Below, piece after piece: positions 21,215 to 32,500 of a stretch of DNA of 64,000 bases (position 1 is its first letter; each line of letters opens with the position of its first letter). The stretch is taken from the NCBI GenBank assembly GCA_965153285.1, contig OZ229114.1. The stretch is one strand, 5' to 3'. The notes below the pieces were generated by a model. That model ran no database searches and had not been told where the DNA came from. It was given only the letters and a program-made list of their open reading frames with translations. Source of the DNA: Podarcis tiliguerta. Its lineage: Eukaryota. The position numbers were made by a program, and so were the translations under genes.

Positions 21215-24140
21215 TTAGAGCAAAATCTGAATTTAGGGGTACTTACTATGCCTCCAGGGAGGAGGCGAAGGCGGCGTAGAGACAGGAGGCAAAGGCGGGG
21301 TTGTCGGGCTGGCGTCCTGGTAAGATTGCAGAGGAGTCCATCTAAACCACCGCTCCCTAGCATATTTCTTGCTAATGTGAGATCTCTTGCCAACAAGATG
21401 GATGAATTGAGGCTGCAGGCAGCAAAGAACAGCCTTGTAAAAGATTGCTGCGTTTTATTTGTCATTGAGACATGGCTTCAACCGTCCATACCAGACACAG
21501 CTATTCAGTTGGAAGGCTGTGCGGTACATCGTCATGACCGAGGCATGGACTTCGGAAAAACCAAAGGAGGGGGGCTGTGTGTATATGTGAACAAATGCTG
21601 GTCCAATAATTCGAAGACTGTGGGCAGTCACTGTTCACCGGATTTGGAATATGTGGCTGTTAAATGTAGACCAGCCTATCTCCCTAGGGAGTTCACAGCT
21701 GTTATGTTAACTGGTGTGTACGTGCCACCAGATGCCAATGCCAACCTGGCTTCGGGATGCCTGCAGAGCCTTATCAGCAGCCAGCAAGACAAGTATCCTG
21801 AAGCTGTGCACATCATTGCGGGAGACTTCAACCATGTTGAACTTAAAACAGTGCTCCCAACGCTCTATCAGCATGTGAAATGTCCCACAAGAGGGGACAA
21901 GACACTGGATAAAGTTTATTCGAATGTAAATCACGGCTATAGGGCTTTACAGCTGCCACACTTGGGCCAGTCCGACCATATGTCTCTGTTCCTGGTACCA
22001 GCATATATCCCACTTAGGAAACGGGCTCCCACAATATTAAAATCTGTTAAAATCTGGCCTGAAGGTGCTATTCACCAGCTGCAGGACTGTTTTGAGAGAA
22101 CCAATTGGGATATTTTCGATCATACAGACCTGGAGGAACACACGGCGGCAGTTCTGTGCTATATCAATCATTGCACAGACACTGTCACAGTAAATAAATC
22201 CATCCGGTTTTACCCCAATCAGAAACCCTGGATGAATAGAGAGGTCCAGTGCCTGTTGCGGGAAAGGAACAGGGCTTTTAGGTCGGGCGAGGTGCAGCTT
22301 TACAGTGTGGCAAGAGCAAACTTGAAGAGGGGTATTCGACGGGCAAAATTGGATTATAGGCTGAGGATTGAGGATAATTTAAGGAGCAACAACACAAGAC
22401 AGATGTGGCAGGGGATTCAGCATATTACCAACTACAAACCTAACCTTGGTGCTGTCGACGGTGACCCTTTGCTGGCGGAGGAGCTTAACCTCTTCTTTGC
22501 TCGCTTCGAGAGGGAGCCACCTGAGACGCCGGTATTACAGCCACCAGCCCATGGGGGCCCCTCATTCACGGTAAAGGAGCATGAGGTGAGACAGGTATTG
22601 AGGATGGCGAATCCGAGGAAGGCGGCTGGACCTGATGGCATCACTGGAAAGGTGTTGAAGGGCTGTGCGGATCAGCTGGCGAGGGTCTTTACTAAGATCT
22701 TCAATAAGTCCTTACACCAGTCTATTGTCCCACCCTGCCTGAAGTCGTCAACTATTGTCCCTCTGCCTAAAAAATCCACAATCAGTAGTTTGAATGACTA
22801 CAGACCAGTTGCACTGACTCCAATCATCATGAAGTGTTTTGAGAAACTGGTGCGCCGTCACATTATTTCCTGTCTTCCATCAACTTTTGACAACCACCAG
22901 TTTGCATACAAGGCAAATAGATCCACAGAAGACGCTATCACCACCACTCTCCATGCTGCTCTGTCCCATCTGGAGCAGCCGGGGAGTTATGTGAGGCTGC
23001 TGTTTGTGGATTTTAGCTCTGCTTTTAACACTATCCTCCCCCATAGACTGGTGTCCAAGCTAGAGGCGATTGGACTCTCCAACTCCACCTGTCTCTGGGT
23101 TTTGGATTTTTTGTCAGAACGTTCTCAGAGGGTTAGAGTAGGGTCACATATGTCCACAGCCCTTAGCCTTAACACCGGCTCACCACAGGGTTGTGTGTTG
23201 AGTCCCCTGCTCTATGCTCTCTATACGTATGACTGTACAGCCATCTATTCCAGCAACAAAATCATCAAGTTTGCTGATGACACTACGGTGGTAGGGCTCA
23301 TTTCGGGAGGGGATGAGTCCGCCTATCGGGACGAGGTGGAGCGGCTCTGTGTTTGGTGTGGAGAGAACAATCTGGCTCTTAATACGGCTAAGACCAAGGA
23401 ATTGGTGGTGGATTACAGAAAAAAAAAGGCGGACATTCAGCCCTTGTATATCAACGGGGAACGGGTGGAGAGGGTGGCGGAATTCAGGTTTTTGGGAGTA
23501 ACTATCGATCAGGGCATGACTTGGAGCGCAAATACCACTGCTCTGGTGAAGAAGGCCCAGCAGAGAATTTATTTCCTCAGACTTTTGAAGAAGAACAATC
23601 TGAGTGAGAGACTGCTGGTGTCCTTCTACCGAGGCTCCATAGAGAGCATTCTTACATACTGTATTTGTGCTTGGTTCTCCAGTTGTACAGCTAGGGAGAG
23701 GAAGGTGCTCCAGAAGGTCATAACCACAGCCCAAAGGATTATTGGTCATCCTCTCCCATCTTTGGAAGAACTGTACGGTTCCCGTTGTCTTAGGAAAGCA
23801 AACAACATCCTGCAGGATTCATCTCACCCGGGACACAGTCTGTTTGCACTACTGCCTTCTGGCAGGAGATATAGAAACATCAAGTCAAGGACAAATAGAC
23901 TGAAAAACAGTTTCTATCCAAGAGCTGTGGCCTTTTTGAATGCTGTAACTCGATAGTGTGACCTGGGAGTTTGATGGGTGTTGGTGTGGGTGTGGCTGGA
24001 ATGTGGTTTGTTTGGTTGTTGTTGTTGTTTTGCTTTTGTTGTTTTTAAGGGATGGCATCCAATTTCGTTGCACTTGTGCAATGTTGCACTTGTGTAATGA
24101 CAATAAAGAGTCTATTCTATTCTATTCTATTCTATTCTAC
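21215..24140 (+). mobile_element. Rex1/Babar-clade non-LTR retrotransposon, ORF intact, probably 5'-truncated
   Basis: Single long APE+RT ORF, then a short GT-rich 3' UTR, AATTTCGTTGCAC...AATGACAATAAAG and a (TCTAT)5-TCTAC tail (24111-24140). The 5' boundary is approximate and there is no convincing TSD. Confidence 0.88.
21248..23956 (+). CDS. LINE polyprotein: AP-endonuclease + reverse transcriptase + C-terminal DUF1891-like region (902 aa from first ATG)
   Basis: Arg-rich N-terminus. APE motifs LANVRSL, IETWL, GGGLCVYV, VYVPP, AGDFN, TLD, SDH. RT motifs KAAGPDGI, DYRPVALT, FVDFSSAFNT, GSPQGCVLSPLLY, FADD (23270-23281), FRFLG. C-terminal VKKAQQRIYFLR...FYRGSIESILTY...RTNRLKNSFYP. No stops or frameshifts. 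Confidence 0.93.
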   Translation: MPPGRRRRRRRDRRQRRGCRAGVLVRLQRSPSKPPLPSIFLANVRSLANKMDELRLQAAKNSLVKDCCVLFVIETWLQPSIPDTAIQLEGCAVHRHDRGMDFGKTKGGGLCVYVNKCWSNNSKTVGSHCSPDLEYVAVKCRPAYLPREFTAVMLTGVYVPPDANANLASGCLQSLISSQQDKYPEAVHIIAGDFNHVELKTVLPTLYQHVKCPTRGDKTLDKVYSNVNHGYRALQLPHLGQSDHMSLFLVPAYIPLRKRAPTILKSVKIWPEGAIHQLQDCFERTNWDIFDHTDLEEHTAAVLCYINHCTDTVTVNKSIRFYPNQKPWMNREVQCLLRERNRAFRSGEVQLYSVARANLKRGIRRAKLDYRLRIEDNLRSNNTRQMWQGIQHITNYKPNLGAVDGDPLLAEELNLFFARFEREPPETPVLQPPAHGGPSFTVKEHEVRQVLRMANPRKAAGPDGITGKVLKGCADQLARVFTKIFNKSLHQSIVPPCLKSSTIVPLPKKSTISSLNDYRPVALTPIIMKCFEKLVRRHIISCLPSTFDNHQFAYKANRSTEDAITTTLHAALSHLEQPGSYVRLLFVDFSSAFNTILPHRLVSKLEAIGLSNSTCLWVLDFLSERSQRVRVGSHMSTALSLNTGSPQGCVLSPLLYALYTYDCTAIYSSNKIIKFADDTTVVGLISGGDESAYRDEVERLCVWCGENNLALNTAKTKELVVDYRKKKADIQPLYINGERVERVAEFRFLGVTIDQGMTWSANTTALVKKAQQRIYFLRLLKKNNLSERLLVSFYRGSIESILTYCICAWFSSCTARERKVLQKVITTAQRIIGHPLPSLEELYGSRCLRKANNILQDSSHPGHSLFALLPSGRRYRNIKSRTNRLKNSFYPRAVAFLNAVTR

Positions 24141-24862
24141 TTTGTAACATTCCCTCTTTCTGTTGCTACTGTACTGTACACTGGGTTTTTTCCCCAGCAG
24201 AACTCATGTGTTCACACAGCATAGTATTAGAGGCAGTGCATTAGGCCCAAGGCAAAACTTGGGTTTGATTATTTTGTTGACTGGCCTTCCTTTTATCCTG
24301 TCTGGAACCACAGCTGCCTCCCAGGCAGTGGTTTGTCCCTTGGGAGATATGGAAATTATGTCGCTGCTAGCAGAGGCCATAGAAAGAGAAAGAACTCAGA
24401 GCTGTGAATTAGTGATTCTAGATTAGTTAGCACAAATCTCTCTCCAGTGGGGTCTCCCTTATTCTGAGCCATGACCCCTGTCTGAGACAGCTGTAGCTTT
24501 TCATCTCTGCTAATTCCGCTTGGATTTTCCTCCATTCCTTCCACCTGATGCTGGCTCAGACTCTTTAGAGACAGGATATGTTTAGCGCTAATGAGGGAGA
24601 CTAAGATGGGGCTTGTGGTGGAGAATTTCGACAGATCTATATGGAGCACTTGAATAAATTTTATAATGGTTAATTTATAGCTGTCTTTGCCATCAATTTA
24701 GCGGCCTCTGAGACTCTGGAGTTGCCAGGTCTTAAGTGGAGTGGCAGAAGCCAGAAGACAAATATTTTAACTGCATATAATGACCTAATCTTAGGAGGGA
24801 GGGGGTATGTACTACAAAACATGAAAGTGGATGTGCCTATTTTTTAAACTTATATGTGATCG

Positions 24863-25010
24863 AAGCAGTACTATTTTTCGGGTGGGGTGTGTGTGTGTGT
24901 GCCAGAACTCAACACGAATGTCTCCCTTGTTCTTTTATAATGGCAATGGTGCCCACCTGAGAGGTGCCAGAACTGAGTTCAGGTGAGTTCTGGCACCTCT
25001 TTTCTCCTAG
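24863..25010. mobile_element. Short non-autonomous DNA element fragment
   Basis: Internal inverted pair AGAGGTGCCAGAACT...AGTTCTGGCACCTCT and a repeated GTGCCAGAACT motif. Confidence 0.55.
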
Positions 25011-25043
25011 GATGCTTGCATACAGAATATTTGCTCCCATATT

Positions 25044-25203
25044 TAGGGGGGCAAGATGCAGATGAGGGCAGGGCACCTATACCTATATAAATAATTGTGT
25101 GGAGGAGAGAATAACATGCAAACTGTACCTGTTGAAATTCTGTGCTCTGCATAACCATTAAAGGTGCAGGAACCGTGCCCTCATTTGCATCTTGGCCACC
25201 CTG
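25044..25203. mobile_element. hAT-type MITE
   Basis: TIRs of about 30 bp (TAGGGGGGCAAGATGCAGATGAGGGCA vs rc CAGGGTGGCCAAGATGCAAATGAGGGCA). Degenerate 8-bp TSD CCCATATT/CCCACCTT. Confidence 0.7.
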
Positions 25204-25902
25204 CCCACCTTTGGTCTTGGTCTTTCAGTGCCCAGTTCTCCTCATCTGTAGGCGCCAATACTGAAGCCAGAGCCAGCAATATGTCAGACTTTAATAAAAA
25301 TGGATGCTTTTAAATTCTAAACATTTAATTTTGGCAGCCAACCTCTTGCAAAGCTTTCAGAGCAATCTTGTTAATCTTTTAAGCAAAGCAAAAACAAGCA
25401 TATCTCAGCACTTCTGTCTGGCTCTCAGGATCCCCCCCCCCCAACATCTCCTACCTCCTGGCTTCTGCTCCTGGAGCGTGCTCAATCCTGCTGCTGCAGC
25501 GTGCTTTGCCTGGAAAGTCTTAATTTGCCAAATGGACATTTGCTCACAGCTTGCCCTTAGTTAAAGGGTGGATTGAAGTGGGGCGATTGAAATCTCATAG
25601 CCATTAACAATGTCTATGAAGTGAACGTTCATAAAGCAGTGAGGGGGAGACCCCTGCAATATCCTTCCATTCTGAGCAGAATCTAAACTAAGAAAAGGAT
25701 AAATTAGAGATGTTTTCAGTGGGCATATATAAATAGTTGCAAGCCAAGGAACTCTTGCTCTCAATTTTTAAAAAACTGCTATACACAAAGAGCATCCTAG
25801 AAACACTGTCCATGCTCGTTAGGGATTGTGCTGGTGATGCCACCCTCATTTTACCTATATGTTGGGCAGCCAATGAGATAATGATGTTCTACCACATGCC
25901 TC

Positions 25903-25903
<1 letters not shown>

Positions 25904-25938
<35 letters not shown>

Positions 25939-25962
25939 AACACACACACACACACACACACT
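25904..25962. repeat. Compound (CT)n(CA)n microsatellite
   Basis: Directly visible. Confidence 0.95.
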
Positions 25963-28743
25963 CTGACCACTCAAGTGCTCCCATTCCATCAGCTCCAGTG
26001 GCTCAGGCAGTAATGACTCTGCTACTTCCAGTCCCCAGGTATCTCCACAGGCAGTTCTAATCTTGTACTCCTCACAAACACTATTTCTGAGCACAGTATA
26101 AAAAGGAAAGTCCATGCAAAATAAGACATTTCAGCACTTTTCATAGAACCTCGGACCATGTCTGGCCAACCGGTACAGAAAACTACCTCCAAGCAGCCTT
26201 ACAGCAGCTGAATGACCAGATGGCAGATTTTGCTGCATTTCCCCGAAATAAATTTCTGTCCCTAGCACCAGCAATCGTTTTAGTGTTCCAACAGCCCCTG
26301 GACTGCAAAGCGAAGTGGCCCAGAGGCACTATATGGTCCATTAATAGAACACCTAACAATGGCAACTTTCACCCATTTAAATCTGAAACGGCTCAATCAC
26401 TGCATGAGAACTTAATATTTGCCAATTTTTCATCCTGGCAGGAATTGAATCTCTGTGGGCATCTGTTGATCATTCAGAAGCAGACTCTATAAATGTTTCC
26501 AATACAGAAGGCTTCCAGTTCTCTCTTTGCAGCCCTGAGGGAGTTTGTGAATGTTTTTGTAAAGGTTATGGCACACTTTGTCTAGCAAGAATTGAGTCTT
26601 TCCCAACCCAGTTTATATTCTTCTAGTCTTGTCCATGGGGCGGACAGAGAATAAAGGGATGTTCAAGCCTGTCTTAACCTGCCTCATGGACTAACTACAT
26701 CTAGAGAGCTCTCTTCACTCTGTTGCAGTGATGAGAAATGCTGAATTCATGATGAAATTGGGTTATTGATGTTAACATCCAGATTTAGGTCACTGATGAG
26801 GACTTTAGGCAAATGTGGATCTTATAGTCTGTCGACCAGTAGGGGATGATTGTCTCACAAGAGTAATTGGTCCAGATTGCACACAGTTGTTTTCAGGGCT
26901 CCTCTTGCCTTCCGGCTTGAAACTGCAGCGCAAACATACCTACAGAGTTAGTTAATGAGGGATATTTGTGTATCACCATTTTGGTGTCTGTTCCCAGTCA
27001 GATGCAGACAACCACAGACTGTCTTCCTTAGTCTGAGTATTTTTGTGTGTGATGAAGCATCCTGGATTTAGGAGCCAGGAAAGAATTCTCACTCAAGTTC
27101 CTCAAAGCAGAGATAGGGAAGTGTGAATCCGAGAACTAAACTGGTGCAAACAGTACTTGGTTTAAAAATAAGTAAAGGCGCAGCACAAATACCTAGGAAA
27201 AGAAGATGTCCTCAACCTTAGCTGCTATTCCTGCACGCAACAGGAGGAAGGTTATTCCCAGGGGTTGTAGGGTGGGTCATTTCTCCCACCCATGTTAAAA
27301 AGAAGCAACAGAAAGAGAACCTGCTGGTCACAGGCCGAAATATGAACCAGTGATGCCCGGCTTGTTCTTTTTGGATGTCTGAATTTACCAGCTTAGATAT
27401 TCTGAGTCCAGCAGGATATCATAATGTTTGTTTTACATTGGTGTGCATCTTAGTGCACTTGGGCATAATAGTCTTCTGTTTTTTATATATATAATTTTAA
27501 CTTGTTAGGAATAAAGAGCTTTCTTCCAGGCTATATGGGCTTAGTATAGGAGCTAGAGGGAAGCTCCTTCTCCTGGATAAGCCCAACAATAAACACTGCC
27601 TGACCTCAGAATCCTTGAGAATTAAAGTCAGTGGGGAATACTTCAAATTTAGTGGAAGAAGGGGTATATGACCCTTGTGCCAAAAATCAGCTATTTGATT
27701 ATTTTCACAAGGAATTCCCAACATTATCCTGCCTTCAGCTGCATGATATCTGCCATTGGTTTCTGCAAAGCAATGGATCTGCAACTCCCATCCTGCAAAC
27801 TACTTGGGAAAGAAGCATTCTCTCCCAACCCTAAGAGAGCAGGTCCCTTTCCCATTTATTGCAGCCAGCTGCTATCAACTCGAATCTGCCTTCTCCCTAG
27901 CTGCCTTTTATCACCTCAATTAACATTTCCTTTATGGCAGCTTGTGAGTGTGGATAACTGTTCAATAGCCTTCTCCCAAGGCACACTATCCAGACTTCAT
28001 ATGCTCTGACGGAAGCTTACCTGGCATTCTGTCCTCATTACAGCCATTTCACACCCCATAAGTCACCATAGGGCACTAATGTGGCACATTCACACTGGAA
28101 AGGGCTCTCCTACAGTAGCATGTCTTGCTGTAAAATGTGTGTGCGCGCGCACTGTGCTACAGCACAATAGCAGTTCCAAGCGTTCTGGCTCTGGTTGGGC
28201 AGTTTATAAGCTATCCCAAGTGGTTGCTTACTATCTTGCAAGAAGCTTATTACCACACCACGGCTATACGGGAAAGCCTGCTGATCCATATCAAACGCAT
28301 TCCACAAATGAGTACCTTAGGAAAACCATCACCAATCTTGCCTAGTTGTCAGGGTCTTCTGCCCAGATGGCTTTGAGTTCAGTATTAGAAGGGTATAATC
28401 CCTGATGACAGCCATTACCTTGTTTCTCTGTCATTGGAGCTGGTTCTCCCCAGTGTTCCTGTCCCAAGTCCTCATACACAAATGTTGAGGTGGCATGTCT
28501 GTGATTGGAGCAAGGCTGCACCACTTCAGATTGTACCACTCCATGATGATGGGTGGGCAAGGAGAGGGACTGGCTACTGCTGGCAGCAAGGAATAAGAGC
28601 AATTGCCACGATTCATCTGGCTTGGGTAGTTCTAGTGATCAGTGGGCCCTGGCAGCTGACCTGGGTTACGTATTTAATATACAGTGTGCACTTGTTCAGG
28701 GAAATGAGAATAGACAGAATAGAGGTCACCAACAATCCTCAGT

Positions 28744-28879
28744 ATAGGATAGGTAACCTGTGGCCCTCCAGATATTGTTGGATTACAACCTGACATCCTT
28801 GAGCACTGGTCATGCTGGCTGGTGATGATGGGAGTTGGAGTCCAACAACCCCCGGAGGACCACAGGTTCTCCATCCTTG
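28744..28879. mobile_element. Short palindromic MITE (same family as 57878-58014)
   Basis: AACCTGTGGCCCTCCAGATATTGTTGGATTACAAC...GGGAGTTGGAGTCCAACAAC...GGAGGACCACAGGTT. Confidence 0.75.
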
Positions 28880-29502
28880 CCTTACGAGTTCCTTCTCAAG
28901 TAAATGCTTTTTAGGGTGAATTTTGCATCAAGGCCAGAGCTAGACTTCCTTCTTTAGGGACGAGGAGGCTGTAGGAAGTTTATACCTGTGCAAGGGGGAG
29001 AGAACATGATCGATACTGAGTCCAATGGCTTTTGAAATCAACAGCCAAAGCAATTCTATGCAAAAGAGTCAATTGCTGGCTCTTGAATCCTATATCTAGA
29101 ATGGGGTGTAGATGCCTAGCAAATATTTAGACTGGCAGCAGGGCAAGATCTTAAACCTGCCGTGATCAAGCAAGTCATGTGACATGAAAGGAAGGAATGT
29201 CCCATGTAAACTATTAAAGGCACATCTGATTCCAGTTGTACAGCATGAAAAATAAATATATTTGAAATTTCTATGCCCTGCGGAAAAATGTTAGCCCTTT
29301 GATCTAAGCAGAGCATCTCGCCTGCATCAAAGGAACAGAGCACTTTGTCCTAGGGTACTTTGAGCCAACCCAGTTTCAACAGTGTTTGCGTCTAAGGTTT
29401 TGCTTCTGTGTTGTTGAGGTGTGCCAAAAGCACATGGGACCTGTTCCGTTTTTCAGAGTGGATGGGGAGTCTGAGGATTGTCTTCTGGCGGAGGTCTCTC
29501 AT

Positions 29503-29585
29503 AACAACAACAACAACAACAAAACAACAATAACAAATTATTTATACCCCGCCCATCTGGCTGGGTTTCACCAGCCACTCTTAGA
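29503..29585 (-). mobile_element. L2-type retroposon 3' tip with (AAC)n tail
   Basis: (AAC)n followed by TTATTTATACCCCGCCCATCTGGCTGGGTTTCACCAGCCACTC, a stem-loop 3' end in reverse orientation. Confidence 0.65.
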
Positions 29586-32500
29586 CCTTATCTGTTTTTG
29601 TTTATGGTGTGCTTGCTTTGCCTCTATGATATTTGCTGGTTTTGGAGCCAGCTGCAGCACTGGGGGTCGGCCAAGTGGTATAGCTGAACCATATGGCGTG
29701 AAAGCATGGATAACATGACACCCTTCAACACAGTGACTTGCTGCCCTGCCTTGTCTGCAGGAAAACACACCCACACATAAAGCAGCACTTGGTGCATAAG
29801 GACCATGATGGATGGTGGGCCTCTAGCATGGAGATCCATCTGGGGTCAGCCTGGCACTTTTGCAGTTTTGTATTCACATTTCCTGCCTTAAAGCACCCTG
29901 TTGTCTAGCTGCAAGCTGCCATGTGGCATAACACATTTCACCGTGTTGGCATAAAACAAGACTGCCAGCCTTAGCTCAGAGCTCTCTGTGTCCCCGATTC
30001 ACAGGTGGCCAGTTCCTCAAAGGGGGTGTGCAAGATTGCACTTCACAACATGGCAACAATGTAGAGCCATGTTCCATCTCCCTGCAGCCTTTGGCTCCTG
30101 TTGAACTATTACGGTAGCTTCCAGCAAAGCATTTTTCATACTTCTGGTTAGCAAGCTGCATTGATACACCTTTTGTGGGGTTGGGAAGTGGCAAAGCTGG
30201 GGGGGGGGGGCTCATTTGAATCTTGTCTCCATACAGAAGATGATTCCTGTTGCTTCTGCTGATGTGCATTCCACATCTATGCATATTTACACATGTTGGC
30301 CCCACTCATTTCAGTGGGACTTACTCCCTAGTAAATGCACATAGTGCTGTTGTGGGGATTCTTTTGCACCAACCCCCCTTCCCCCTTTGCAGAGCCTGCA
30401 TATGCAGCATTGGGTACTAGAGAATTAATTCAGGCGCTCCATTTTGTTGATAAAAATGTGCCCTGTCTCAAATGGTTTATACTGGTCTCTCAGTCTTAGA
30501 GAATAATTCAAGCCCAGGCCATTCTAGAGACAAAGACAAATGCATTTCCCACCCTACCTTGCTAATCATTCTGGGCAGAGTTGTGCCACCTCAGGCCTTC
30601 AATTCATTTCCCTTAAACGCTTCCCTTCCTTTCTGATCTACCTAGTTGCTGATGAAGTGCAGCCTGGTTCAGGCTCCTTCTCCTTTGCCCCTCTAGGACT
30701 AATTGAATCAAGCGGATGGGAAGTGAATCCAATTGACTAGATTAAATGAGCTGGGCACAGATCTGGGAAGAAATCGGGGCCTTAGAAGCAGAGCAAAGGA
30801 GCACTTACTGTGGCTACAGCTCTTCCGCTGCCCCGTGAACTGCACCCCCCCCCCAGGTGCCATCACTTCACCACCCTTTGCCTTTTGCTTAACCTCTCAT
30901 CCCTGGTCTTCCAGCAGCCCCTGCTGGGAAAGTGCAATGGCTCCCCGTCTCCTCAGACATTTCCCCCTTCACTCTCTTCTGTTGCGCGGAGCCTCCTTAC
31001 TCTCCTAGGTAATTAGTGGTTAATTAGCCAAGCTGTCTGACTTTGGCATGGCCCCCTCCACTCACGCTTCCCTCACGCTGGGCCTCAGGGCTGTGAGTGT
31101 GTAATGAACTGCAGGCTGGGGAAGGCCCCAGCCACATTTGCTCATTTAATTTCTGCTGCATCAGCTTGTAAGCTTTGAGGCTCTTGCTGTGCTGGAGGGG
31201 GCCTGGGACCTCCAAGCTGTTAGGTTTAAGTTGCGCTCCGGGGAGCAAACGCTCTGGTGACAAGCACCAGCTAGGGCTAGAGGAGGCTGGAGAACACTGT
31301 CCTCTTCAATGCCAGCATTCCCAGACTGGCTTTCTCTCCCCGCTCCCCCACTCCTGCCACCAAGAAGAACTGTCCCTAGATACTTCCATACATCTGCTGG
31401 TGGTGGAGGGAAGAGCAGGTTTGTGAGTTCATAGAAGGATGAAACACACAGTCTCCATTTCCCTCTTTCCCTTCTGAAAGTGTGTGCAAACGCCTCTAGA
31501 AATAATGACATCTGAAATGGAAGGTTTTGCCTTTTTACACTGACATTCCTATCTGGTCCATGTTTAGGATCTCCCAAGGTTTGGGTGACATTTTTATCAG
31601 CTGCTTTGAAGATTGAGTGTGTGTGTTAAACACACTCTGGGTTGTTTAACCTTTTCCTCCAAACATCCATCTCCTGATGTAATTTTCCCCACACCCTGCC
31701 CCAAACTATTTTTAAAAGTCAGGAATGCCATCTGCACCTTTTCCTTTCCCCACCCCAATGCCTCACTACTTATGGAGATAATAACAATGGGGGGGGGGGG
31801 AGGGATTTACATAAGGGAAAGGACTAAAACCCTGTCCAGAGTAGCCACATGAGGGTGCTTATTTAGTTTTCTCCTTCTCCTTAACACACACTGTAATCCT
31901 AATCCCAGATCTCCCACATGCCAAAGTTACACAAGAACAGCCCTATGCTACCCCAGCTCCCTTGCTGATTTGGAAACTCAATACATTTGCTATCACCATC
32001 TTGCCACATTTTAAATCCCCGATAGGCTGCAATATTTGCCAGCAAACATGGAGTTCCTGTCCATGAAACTGACAAGTAATCTATAGACTGCCATTCATAC
32101 TTAGCAGAGTTTTTTAAAACTCACCTATCCAGCCTTAAAGATTATTATACCAAGTAATATAGAAGCAGAGAACAGGAAATGAACCTCCATTCTTGAAATG
32201 CTTCCTGAATTGCGGAGGTGGCTGTGGCCTTCCTTGCAGAATGGGATGCCAATCTTGCTCATAGGTAGCAAGGTTTTAGGTTAAAATCAAACCAGGTATT
32301 ATTGTTTATTAAATATGTATACTGCTCTTTATCTGAAGATCACAGGGCAGTTTACAATATAAAACAACAATATTCCCCACTTCAAAAAGAGGAAAAATTA
32401 ATCATCGTAAAATCAAAATGGAACATCAACTGTCCAGGATTTAGATCATGGTGATTTCATATCCTGTGCTTGACTTTTCCCACAGTTAAGCCATAAGAAG

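Noticed and set aside
21092-21247. The track's 954-aa version of the LINE ORF
   Set aside because: It starts at GTG, and the first ~40 codons look like host flank. The first in-frame ATG is at 21248.
23180-23749. 189-aa ORF antisense to the LINE RT
   Set aside because: Shadow ORF of the sense coding sequence.
21205-24145. TACTT as a TSD for the Rex1-like LINE
   Set aside because: A 5-bp match is too short to distinguish from chance without the empty allele.
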